Below the pieces are notes generated by a model. It was not told where the DNA came from, did not search any database, and saw only the letters and a program-made list of their open reading frames with translations. A stretch of DNA of 58,933 nt. Origin: a virus. Taxonomy: Duplodnaviria > Caudoviricetes. The stretch spans positions 1-58,933 of the IMG/VR virus record IMGVR_UViG_3300012284_000001. One strand, written 5' to 3'. A program made the translations under genes and the position numbers. This document shows, in pieces, positions 1-7,609 of this stretch (position 1 is its first letter; every line of letters begins with the position of its first letter).

Positions 1-8
1 ATGCTGAG

Positions 9-323
9 ATGGCTGACGAAGACGTCCACTTCTTTGCCACGTTCGCACTGGGCTGGGCCACGGCGCCGACCCGCGACGAGGCCATCGAGAAGCTGGTCGC
101 GGCCAACCGCTCTGACTTCAAGACCATGACCAAAAACATGCAGAAGGAAGGCAACCCCGGCGCGTACGTCTGGACCTGTCAGGTGAACGCACCGGCCGAC
201 GCTGAGTACAGCATCGAGTACTACCAGCCGCGTGGTGTCGAGATACAGGACGGCCGCGAGCACGCGGTCACCTACGTCACCGCCAAGGAGATCAAGCACT
301 GCGTGCACAGCACTCGCCAGTAA
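9..323 (+). CDS. Hypothetical early protein (104 aa)
   Basis: ORF with phage-like GC3-rich codons; TAA stop directly abuts hammerhead 1. Confidence 0.75.
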   Translation: MADEDVHFFATFALGWATAPTRDEAIEKLVAANRSDFKTMTKNMQKEGNPGAYVWTCQVNAPADAEYSIEYYQPRGVEIQDGREHAVTYVTAKEIKHCVHSTRQ

Positions 324-385
324 GGTCGAAACGTGGGCGCCATGCCCACGTCGTCGGATGATGTCCGGCCTGATGAGACCATCAG
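324..385 (+). ncRNA. Type II hammerhead ribozyme 1 (predicted cleavage after C352)
   Basis: Stem II GGTC(324-327)/GACC(377-380); GAAA 328-331; stem III CGTGGGC/GCCCACG; GUC triplet 350-352; stem I GTCGGA/TCCGGC with loop TGATG; core CTGATGA 370-376; loop I TGAT can pair with 3' tail ATCA. Confidence 0.92.
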
Positions 386-386
386 A

Positions 387-397
387 AACGCAAGGAG
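387..397 (+). promoter_or_regulatory. Conserved leader/RBS motif AACGCAAGG (other copies at 1589-1597, 2897-2905, 7678-7686)
   Basis: Identical 9-mer that includes the AAGG of the Shine-Dalgarno, 8-9 nt before ATGs at 405, 1606, 2915 and 7696. Confidence 0.65.
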
Positions 398-404
398 AAA
401 ATGA

Positions 405-1238
405 ATGAGACAAGTAACAGACACACCAGCCATCGCGGACCTGATCGCCAAGGGCGCCCACTTCTACGTGGGTCACTCTGGCGGCAAGGATTCGCAGGCA
501 ATGTACGCAGCTCTGGCTGCACGCATCCCGGCCGACCAGTTGCACGTCGTGCACGCTGATCTGGGCGACATCGAATGGGCAGGCGTCAAGGACCACATCC
601 GGGCCAACATCGACCACCCGCTGATGATCGCTGACGCCATCTTCAACGACGGCAGTGCCAAGGATTTTTTCGGCATGGTCCGCCAGCGTCGTGCCAAGCT
701 CGACCGCGATGGCAAATTCGATGCGAGCCCATTCCCGGCGCCGGGACTGACTCGCCAGTGCACCAGTGATCTCAAGACTGGGCCGATCTGGAAAGTGATC
801 AAGGCACACGCCAAACAGGTCGGCGCAGCCATCACTGTCAACTGCGTCGGCATCCGCTCTGAGGAGTCACCACGTCGCGCCAAGAAGGCGAAAGCTGGCA
901 CGCTGACCCGCAACAAGGTCCAGTCCTGTTCGACGCGTCAGGCGTACGACTGGTGGCCTATCGCGCACTGGCCGATAGCCGACGTCTGGGCCGAGATCGC
1001 TGACGCAGGTCAGCAGCCGCATCCTGCGTACGCTGACGGCAACGAACGCCTGTCCTGCATGTTCTGCATCATGGGCAGCGATAACGACCTGCAGCACGCA
1101 TACAGGGTCAACCCTGAGCTGGCCCACCGATACATCGCCCTCGAACGTGAGGTGCGCAGCACGATGTTTTACAGCGGCGGACGTCGCGTCTCACTGGCCG
1201 AGAAGCTGGGCATCGAAATTGAAATCAACGCAGCATAG
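405..1238 (+). CDS. PAPS reductase-family (adenine nucleotide alpha-hydrolase) protein, non-canonical
   Basis: PP-loop SGGKDS, RQCTSDLK, GIRSEESPRR, HPAY and RLSCMFC motifs; AGGAG RBS; lacks the C-terminal ECGLH of true CysH. Confidence 0.85.
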   Translation: MRQVTDTPAIADLIAKGAHFYVGHSGGKDSQAMYAALAARIPADQLHVVHADLGDIEWAGVKDHIRANIDHPLMIADAIFNDGSAKDFFGMVRQRRAKLDRDGKFDASPFPAPGLTRQCTSDLKTGPIWKVIKAHAKQVGAAITVNCVGIRSEESPRRAKKAKAGTLTRNKVQSCSTRQAYDWWPIAHWPIADVWAEIADAGQQPHPAYADGNERLSCMFCIMGSDNDLQHAYRVNPELAHRYIALEREVRSTMFYSGGRRVSLAEKLGIEIEINAA

Positions 1239-1249
1239 GAGCTACCAAC

Positions 1250-1513
1250 ATGACAACCGAATACAAATCAGCATCAACCAACATCCGTGGATATCACGTC
1301 GACTTCGAACTGGACGACGACAATGGCTATCCCGTCTCGCAGTGCTGGGTCACCCTGCGCTTCGCTAACCGCCCCGGCAAGGAGTGGTGCAGCTCGCTGG
1401 CCGTCATCGAGAATGAGGGCATCATCGAGTCATGCGACGGCGACGACTATCGCGACGTGCCTGAGCGCGTCGCCGCTGAGATCGCAGCGTGGGCCTACAA
1501 GCAAGGCTACTAA
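1250..1513 (+). CDS. Hypothetical small acidic protein (87 aa)
   Basis: AGGAG RBS; TAA stop abuts hammerhead 2. Confidence 0.75.
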   Translation: MTTEYKSASTNIRGYHVDFELDDDNGYPVSQCWVTLRFANRPGKEWCSSLAVIENEGIIESCDGDDYRDVPERVAAEIAAWAYKQGY

Positions 1514-1577
1514 GGTCGAAACGTGGGCGGACCATGCCCACGTCTGCAGCTAGTGGCTGCACTGATGAGACCATCAG
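1514..1577 (+). ncRNA. Type II hammerhead ribozyme 2 (predicted cleavage after C1544)
   Basis: GGTC-GAAA-CGTGGGC(ggaccat)GCCCACG-TC-TGCAGC(tagtg)GCTGCA-CTGATGA-GACC-ATCAG; all core nucleotides present; stem I differs from copy 1 but still pairs. Confidence 0.92.
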
Positions 1578-1605
1578 ATTTTTTAACTAACGCAAGGTGA
1601 ATGCA

Positions 1606-1902
1606 ATGAAGAAATTATCACAGAAAGCACTGAAGAAAACCGCCGATGACCTCGGCACTATCCGGGCCCAGTTGGCCATCCTCAAGGAGCAGGAAACTGC
1701 GCTCCGCGAGACCCTGATCGCGCATGGCGTTGACGTCATCGAGGGTGACCTGTTCCGGGCTAACGTGGTCGAGTCACACCGCAAGGTTATCGACTGGAAG
1801 AAAATCGCTGAGAAGCTGGAGCCCAGTCGTCAACTGGTCAAGGCTCACACTCGTGAGACTGATGTGATCAGCGTCCGTGTAACCAGCCGAGTAGGAGGCT
1901 AA
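1606..1902 (+). CDS. Hypothetical protein with N-terminal coiled coil
   Basis: ORF 1597..1902; ATG 1606 preferred because the GTG at 1597 lies inside the RBS motif. Confidence 0.75.
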   Translation: MKKLSQKALKKTADDLGTIRAQLAILKEQETALRETLIAHGVDVIEGDLFRANVVESHRKVIDWKKIAEKLEPSRQLVKAHTRETDVISVRVTSRVGG

Positions 1903-1904
1903 TC

Positions 1905-2420
1905 ATGAGTACACATTTTCAACTTCAAATCTGGAACGGCAGCGAGTACATCAACCGTACCACTGGCCAGCCTGACGAGCTGCGTGCGCACTATCGCGAC
2001 AGCGAATTCATACTCGGGTACCGCATCGTCGATACCCTCGCACGCGATCAGGAGGGCCGTCAGCTGCCGTTAAAACCTAAGCGCACCAACTGGGCCAGTC
2101 GCCAGTCGCGTCCGGTCACCGAGATCGACAGACAGGCTGAACTGGCCGCGGAGCATTTCCACAAGGTGCGCACCCGCGATCTGCAGGACCACATGAACCC
2201 GGCGATCAAGACCGACATCGACGTGTTCCCGGTCAAGCCATCGGGCCGTGGCCAGTCGGCTGACTTCCGTATGCAACTGGCAGGTCGACTGACCGGCAAT
2301 GCACCGCGGTCGTCAGCACTCTACCCCAGCGACAAGGCACAGCGGTTAGCACTCGAAGCGCAACTGGCTGACCATGGTTTTCGCTTTATTGAAATCACAA
2401 ACCCTGAGGATTACTCATGA
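1905..2420 (+). CDS. Hypothetical protein (171 aa)
   Basis: AGGAGG RBS; ATGA overlap with the next gene. Confidence 0.7.
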   Translation: MSTHFQLQIWNGSEYINRTTGQPDELRAHYRDSEFILGYRIVDTLARDQEGRQLPLKPKRTNWASRQSRPVTEIDRQAELAAEHFHKVRTRDLQDHMNPAIKTDIDVFPVKPSGRGQSADFRMQLAGRLTGNAPRSSALYPSDKAQRLALEAQLADHGFRFIEITNPEDYS

Positions 2421-2815
2421 AACATTACAACATCATCGCCTCGAATAACGAGGCATACACGCTGGCCGACGTCGCACTGTGCGTCTGGGAAGAAGTGCTG
2501 CGACGCGAACATGCGTCGCGCACCCTTCGCCAAGGCACCGACAATGACCCGGCCTACACTTTCTTTCAACAGCATGAGGGCGTGGCCCACGCGCGCAGCA
2601 ACGTCATCGAGACGGCGTACTGGTTTGAACTGGCCTACCAGTTCGCAGTCGACCGCTACGACTGGGACTATGGCTTCGACTGGGAATTCATTCCCCGGGC
2701 ACTCGATTACTTTATCGACGTCTGTGCCACCCCGGATGACATCACCGAGATCCGGGCACGCGAGGCTGCGCGCTACGCGTCGAATGACTACGACGTCGGC
2801 AACCAGCCTGAGTAG
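2417..2815 (+). CDS. Hypothetical acidic/aromatic protein (132 aa)
   Basis: GAGG RBS; the G of the TAG stop is the first base of hammerhead 3. Confidence 0.75.
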   Translation: MKHYNIIASNNEAYTLADVALCVWEEVLRREHASRTLRQGTDNDPAYTFFQQHEGVAHARSNVIETAYWFELAYQFAVDRYDWDYGFDWEFIPRALDYFIDVCATPDDITEIRAREAARYASNDYDVGNQPE

Positions 2816-2886
2816 GTCGAAACGTGGACGGGACATCGACTCCCGTCTACGTCTGCAGCTAGTGGCTGCACTGATGAGACCATCAG
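2815..2886 (+). ncRNA. Type II hammerhead ribozyme 3 (predicted cleavage after C2853)
   Basis: GGTC-GAAA-CGTGGACGGGA(catcgac)TCCCGTCTACG-TC-TGCAGC(tagtg)GCTGCA-CTGATGA-GACC-ATCAG; the 11-bp stem III differs in sequence from copies 1 and 2 yet pairs fully (one G-U). Confidence 0.92.
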
Positions 2887-2914
2887 CCGATTAACTAACG
2901 CAAGGTAAATTGAT

Positions 2915-3385
2915 ATGAACAACGACAATGCAATAACGCTGCTCAACGAAAACGGCGTCAAGAAAGAATACGGCCGGATCCCCGATCTCTGGCACGTCGC
3001 TCAGTATCTCAAGGGCAACATCGATGCCGATGATCTCGGCCTGTCCAGTATCGCTGATCAGATCCTCGAAGTCTGGCACATGGCACACGACCTCAAGGCA
3101 GTCATCGAGGGCCAGGGTGATGCGCGAGTGTTAGAACCTGGGGCTGCTGAACCTGAATTCATGATAGGTGACGTCGACCGGGTCAAGAATAACCTCAGCT
3201 ACGTGATCGAACTGGCACGCCACCGTGCCGACATGTGGCAGGCGCTGGCCGATGGCAAAAACATGTTCGAACAACTGGACGCCTTCTACGAGTGCGACAA
3301 GCACGAGGCCGAGGTCATGGCCCACGACACCAACGTCGCAGTTGAACGGGTTCAGGAATGGTTCGCCAAGGCGGTGAAGTCATGA
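2915..3385 (+). CDS. Hypothetical protein (156 aa)
   Basis: Follows the AACGCAAGG leader; ATGA-coupled to the next gene. Confidence 0.75.
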   Translation: MNNDNAITLLNENGVKKEYGRIPDLWHVAQYLKGNIDADDLGLSSIADQILEVWHMAHDLKAVIEGQGDARVLEPGAAEPEFMIGDVDRVKNNLSYVIELARHRADMWQALADGKNMFEQLDAFYECDKHEAEVMAHDTNVAVERVQEWFAKAVKS

Positions 3386-3675
3386 AGACCAACGTATCCA
3401 TCAAACTGGATGACCAGCAGCGCAAGCTGCTGGCCGACGTCATCGACAACAAGCAGACCGCTCGACTGGCGACACGCGCTGACATCGTCAAGCTGTGCCA
3501 GTTGCACATCGCTGGCCTGCTGGAGCAGAACGTCCAACTGGATCCCCCGGAGAAAGCTGAAGCGGTCCGCTCTGGTCTCTACGACATCGACCCGGCAGAC
3601 GAGAAGCTGCTACACGGTAAAGAGCCCGGTTACATCCGCGGCTGGAATCTGGTGAAGCGGTCTGGTTTGACATGA
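3382..3675 (+). CDS. Hypothetical protein, possibly ribbon-helix-helix-like N-terminus
   Basis: ATG 3382 overlaps the previous TGA; N-terminus MKTNVSIKLDDQQRKLL. Confidence 0.65.
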   Translation: MKTNVSIKLDDQQRKLLADVIDNKQTARLATRADIVKLCQLHIAGLLEQNVQLDPPEKAEAVRSGLYDIDPADEKLLHGKEPGYIRGWNLVKRSGLT

Positions 3676-3703
3676 CGTAGACGGGACATCGACTGCCCAA
3701 TTG

Positions 3704-3730
3704 AACCCCGGCCGCAAGCCGGGGTTTTTT
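3704..3730 (+). terminator. Rho-independent terminator ending the early operon
   Basis: AACCCCGGC-cgcaa-GCCGGGGTT; the stem ends in a T6 run (3725-3730). Confidence 0.85.
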
Positions 3731-3736
3731 ATGCCC

Positions 3737-3898
3737 GGGGGGATATGGGGGGTATTTTTGCAAACCCACTCATAGACCTATATGAATAATGTTTTTTTTT
3801 TTTTTTACTATTCATTCTCATACGCGTTGGTCGTAAAAAATACACCCCATATCCCCCAAAAAAGGATTTTTAAACACCGATATCCCCCATATCCCCCC
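3737..3898. repeat. Nested inverted/direct repeats around a T15 tract; putative replication origin
   Basis: GGGGGGATATGGGGGGTATTTTT (3737-3759) vs AAAAAATACACCCCATATCCCCC (3835-3857); ATGAATA/TATTCAT flank T15 (3792-3806); more ATATCCCCC copies at 3880-3898; next to the primase 3' end. Confidence 0.6.
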
Positions 3899-3942
3899 AC
3901 GCCGCTGAAGCCGGGACAATCAAACACCTTCCTCAAAGCTCA

Positions 3943-6573
3943 TCAAAGCTCTTCATGGGGGGAATCCAGATGCGGCGGCGGTCGCAATTCCCACCCAGTC
4001 CAGACATCGATACCGTGTGATTTTACGGACGCACCCAGCAGCATATCGAGGCGATCATACAGCTCACGTTGTCGCAGCATGAAACCTTTATGCGGCACCC
4101 AGTCAGTGTAAGCACGCCAGACATCGGACCGCTTCACACGCTTACCCGGCATCAGCATCTCGTCCACAAACTGCATCACCTGATTCGACTGGCTCGACCA
4201 CTTCTCGTGGCTGATAACAGCATCGACCGGCACGTCCCAGTTATTCCGGGTACGCAGTCGCTGCAGGCCAGCAATAAACCGATTCAATATCCCGGGCAGT
4301 TCAAGCAGCATCGCATCACGGCGTGCATCGGACCGCTCGGGTCCGTCGATGCGATGTAGAAACTCGAACACCAGTGCACGCTCGTGGAATGCGTCGCTGA
4401 CATCTTTAGTAACCGGCCAGTGATTGGCACAGACCAGCGGCAGCGCGCGTGACTGGAAGGTGATCGCGTCCTTAAATTTGACGTTGGCCGTGATGCGCTT
4501 CTCCTCGGATATCTTCTTGATGAATCCGTCCGGCAGGCTGGCCGACTTGTCGAAGTCATCGTCAGCCAGTAGCAGAGCATTGACCAGATTGTAATCAGCG
4601 AAGTCACTGCCGACACCGAACTTGCCCAGCTCCATGGCGACACAGCTCTTGCCCAGCAGCTCCTTGAATACGTTGAGCAGGGTTGACTTGCCGGTGTTGG
4701 TCGCACCGTGGAACAGCACCCAGACCTTGAGCCACTTCGACATCGAGATGATGTAACCACCCAGCTCTTCGAGATGGCGAATCATATCCTCCGGATCCCC
4801 GGCCTCTGCGAACACCATACGCATGAAGCGATCCCACTCCGGGCAGTCAGCGCCAGGGTCGTAATCGGTGTTCACCTGCATGGTATAGAAGTGTTCAGGG
4901 TTGTGGTCTTCGACAGTCATATTGCCGTGATAATCGAAGTGCAGCTCGCAGTTCAGACAGTTGACGACTGGCTGGGTGATCCGACGCAACAGCAACAACG
5001 GATCCGAGTTACCGGATAACTCTGATGCACGCGCCAGTCGTGCGGTCAACATCGAATTCAAGGAACCCACCAGTGTAGTAGTCTTGTTCTCACCGATAGC
5101 CGCGACCAGTTGAGCCGCATCATCAGGCCGGGTCTCACGCAGCCTGATGATACTCTCCTGCAGCAGGCCACGGATCGGCTCGTCACCAATCATGCGCCAC
5201 ACGCCTGTCTCGTAAAGCCAGAACGCGCGACCGATACGCTTGAGATGTGCACCGCCTGCAAAATGCTCTTCGAGCATCTCGTCCACCAGCTCGCGCTCGA
5301 TGTCGGTGACCTCTTCACCATCACGGCCAGCGAGCTGGGTGCGTATTCGCTTGACCGAATCACGCAGCGTCTGGATCCCGGGCCTGACCGGATAGCGTGC
5401 CTGCAATGCCTTGAGCAGCATGTCGGTCTCGTGCGGTTCGTACTGGGCGATACGCGGCAGCAGGCTATCGAGGTGCGCGCTCTCGTGTCCGGCCGGTAGC
5501 ACCATCTCCTCGATCTCGGCCCGGAACTGGTCGACCGTTGGCGCCGATGGTTTACTCTTCTCGGCGGCTTCGTCGATGTCGTCCAGCTCGTCATCCATAT
5601 CACGGTTCGCCAGTACCTCGGGATCCGCGGCCACGAGCTTGTACATCTCTTTCATGGAGGCATCGTGATCGTCGTCACCGAACAACAGCATCCGCACCAG
5701 ATCGAACGCGTTGCAATTCTTCTGGCTGATCGCTGCCGGGTTCTCGTGGTGCGAGTACAGGAACTGGTCATCGTAGACCACGGCACCGGCAGGCCCGGTG
5801 GCGCCGAGCGGTCGGTACCGGTTATCGAATTCCGTGGTCTCGAATACCTCGGGCAGGTAGGTGGCAATGGCTGCGTGGATATCGTAGGTGCGATTGAATG
5901 CACCGATCAGGCCCGGGCGTGTCAGTGGATCCGCTGCCTCGGCAACAGGTGGACGGATCTCACCGACGCGAGAGGATCGCGGCCAGTCGAAGTGATCCTG
6001 ATCCGGCGCCCAGTCATCCGGGTCAATCCAGTCACCATGCAGGTGTACAGCCTCGGTTGCTGCGTCACTGCTGCAGCTGGGCCAGTACATGATGCGGCTG
6101 ACCTCGAACGTGGTGTCGTCGAAGTAATCCATACCGAACCAGTCCGCGAGGTTACGCGCCACCGGTTCGTACTCAAATGGACTGACGTCGCGCGCGAGCG
6201 GGAAGACCACCCGCAACCTGGGCCGGTCCGGGCTGTGCTTGTGCGTCGAGTGCACCACGCACTCATAGCCTGCGTAGGCTTCGAGCAGTGCGTTGATATC
6301 GTCGCAGTGGTCGACGTCGAGCGTAACGATGGATCGACAGATCAGCTCATTCTTTCGGCGTGCTTTTCCTTCAAAGGGACCGCCCACGAGGTAACCGACA
6401 TCCTTGATGTCGGCCTGCTGGTCGGCAGGCATCGCCATGTACTCGGCGTAGGTCTCAGGTGTGACTACGAAATCGAGCAGCTTTTCACATAGCTTCGCCC
6501 AGCTTATCTTGCCGGATCTAACTACTGGATTTAATCGCGACGCACCCTTCGAAATTCGAAGGCTGCGATTCAT
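3943..6573 (-). CDS. Primase-helicase (N-terminal primase domain + D5/P4-type SF3 helicase)
   Basis: TLDVD and HSTHKH...RLRVVFPL primase motifs; Walker A GATNTGKST; LLLADDD Walker B; VCANH motif C. Confidence 0.9.
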   Translation of the reverse strand: MNRSLRISKGASRLNPVVRSGKISWAKLCEKLLDFVVTPETYAEYMAMPADQQADIKDVGYLVGGPFEGKARRKNELICRSIVTLDVDHCDDINALLEAYAGYECVVHSTHKHSPDRPRLRVVFPLARDVSPFEYEPVARNLADWFGMDYFDDTTFEVSRIMYWPSCSSDAATEAVHLHGDWIDPDDWAPDQDHFDWPRSSRVGEIRPPVAEAADPLTRPGLIGAFNRTYDIHAAIATYLPEVFETTEFDNRYRPLGATGPAGAVVYDDQFLYSHHENPAAISQKNCNAFDLVRMLLFGDDDHDASMKEMYKLVAADPEVLANRDMDDELDDIDEAAEKSKPSAPTVDQFRAEIEEMVLPAGHESAHLDSLLPRIAQYEPHETDMLLKALQARYPVRPGIQTLRDSVKRIRTQLAGRDGEEVTDIERELVDEMLEEHFAGGAHLKRIGRAFWLYETGVWRMIGDEPIRGLLQESIIRLRETRPDDAAQLVAAIGENKTTTLVGSLNSMLTARLARASELSGNSDPLLLLRRITQPVVNCLNCELHFDYHGNMTVEDHNPEHFYTMQVNTDYDPGADCPEWDRFMRMVFAEAGDPEDMIRHLEELGGYIISMSKWLKVWVLFHGATNTGKSTLLNVFKELLGKSCVAMELGKFGVGSDFADYNLVNALLLADDDFDKSASLPDGFIKKISEEKRITANVKFKDAITFQSRALPLVCANHWPVTKDVSDAFHERALVFEFLHRIDGPERSDARRDAMLLELPGILNRFIAGLQRLRTRNNWDVPVDAVISHEKWSSQSNQVMQFVDEMLMPGKRVKRSDVWRAYTDWVPHKGFMLRQRELYDRLDMLLGASVKSHGIDVWTGWELRPPPHLDSPHEEL

Positions 6574-6830
6574 CAGTCAGCTAACACACCGCGCAGCTCA
6601 TTACTGAGTTTGAAATACTCCCCCAGTGCTGTCTCTTTATCCTTGAAGGCCAAGACCTGATCGCCCTCGGTCGTGGATACCACGACCTGAAACAATCCCT
6701 CAACCAGTTCACCCTCGGAAGTAAGCCCAGGCTGAACGCGTACATGATTAATGTGCCGAGTATTGATTGTCGCACCCCACGGCTGACCTTCAGCGGAAAT
6801 CGCCAGCCACTCGCAGCCCTTGCGAATCAT
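6573..6830 (-). CDS. Hypothetical protein (85 aa)
   Basis: TGATG coupling to the primase. Confidence 0.7.
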   Translation of the reverse strand: MIRKGCEWLAISAEGQPWGATINTRHINHVRVQPGLTSEGELVEGLFQVVVSTTEGDQVLAFKDKETALGEYFKLSNELRGVLAD

Positions 6831-7192
6831 TCCCCGTCACCATTAGGCTTCGAGGCCGCGGCTTCATCGTCGGCGCGCTTCTCGACATTGGTACGCCCGG
6901 ATCCATCGCCACAATCGGCGTCGTCATCATCTGGATTCGTGATAGGTAGCTCGGCCTGTTCCGGCGGCTCGGCTGAGCTACTGCGAACCCAGTTATCCGC
7001 GGCCGCTTGATTCGGGAACACCATCCACTGCTGGATCTCTTCGACGTTGACCACGCGCTGGAATGGCGGGGGATTCAAAAAGGTTGCCAACCATTTACCC
7101 GGGACGACTTCCTCGCCGACGCGGACTGTGTTTGCAATCTCGTTACCGCCTTGTTCGTTTCTCACTATTATTAGACAGATTGAATTCTGCAT
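6827..7192 (-). CDS. Hypothetical protein (121 aa, acidic tail)
   Basis: GGAG RBS; ATGA overlap with the next gene. Confidence 0.7.
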   Translation of the reverse strand: MQNSICLIIVRNEQGGNEIANTVRVGEEVVPGKWLATFLNPPPFQRVVNVEEIQQWMVFPNQAAADNWVRSSSAEPPEQAELPITNPDDDDADCGDGSGRTNVEKRADDEAAASKPNGDGE

Positions 7193-7213
7193 TTTCTCTA
7201 TTCTCCGGTTTGG

Positions 7214-7309
7214 TTAAAGGCGCGGCCCGAGAGCCGCTAAAAAATGAAGCGCCATGACCCCTAGTGCCACCATGGCCAGGATCCACAGCAGTATATGCAC
7301 TGTTTTCAT
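7214..7309 (-). CDS. Small hydrophobic membrane peptide (31 aa, MKTVHILLWILAMVALGVMALHFLAALGPRL)
   Basis: Read from the sequence; ATGA overlap with the upstream gene; one TM segment; below the ORF-track cutoff. Confidence 0.45.
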   Translation of the reverse strand: MKTVHILLWILAMVALGVMALHFLAALGPRL

Positions 7310-7584
7310 GCCGCCTTCCGAGACCATTCTCTCAAATACGGACACAGGTCGAGTACATGACAATCCTCGCAGTACTCATCGAGAAGCAACGCCCACTGGG
7401 GTGGCACCCGGTAATCTACTCGCCATCCATGGATGCCGATATGGCTTACACTTTTATAGTGAGCCATCTCGGTCAGAATTCTTGCCAGCTTCCTGTAACT
7501 ACCCGCTTTATCTTTAGCAGCCAGCAGGGACCGTGTGAATGCGGCTTTTTCTTTTGCATTCAAGGGTTTAAAGGGTTTTCGCAT
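7306..7584 (-). CDS. Cro-like HTH transcriptional regulator
   Basis: GSYRKLARIL...SHIGIHGW...RVP...DLCP resembles Cro/YdaS-like proteins; first gene of the leftward unit. Confidence 0.55.
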   Translation of the reverse strand: MRKPFKPLNAKEKAAFTRSLLAAKDKAGSYRKLARILTEMAHYKSVSHIGIHGWRVDYRVPPQWALLLDEYCEDCHVLDLCPYLREWSRKAA

Positions 7585-7609
7585 TGTGTGACCGATATCT
7601 ATAAAAATG

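Noticed and set aside
621-627. Other CTGATGA heptamers (e.g. 621, 13941, 24771) as additional hammerheads
   Set aside because: They lie inside coding sequence, and I saw no correctly placed GAAA, NUH and three stems; a covariance search would be needed to exclude divergent copies
321-2886. The three intergenic repeats as a CRISPR array or integron attC sites
   Set aside because: Spacing is over 1 kb with whole genes between; variation follows hammerhead stems; no cas1/cas2 or integrase recognised
3782-4111. ORF beginning MNNVFFFFYY
   Set aside because: It is a translation of the T15/repeat region, runs antisense into the primase and has no RBS
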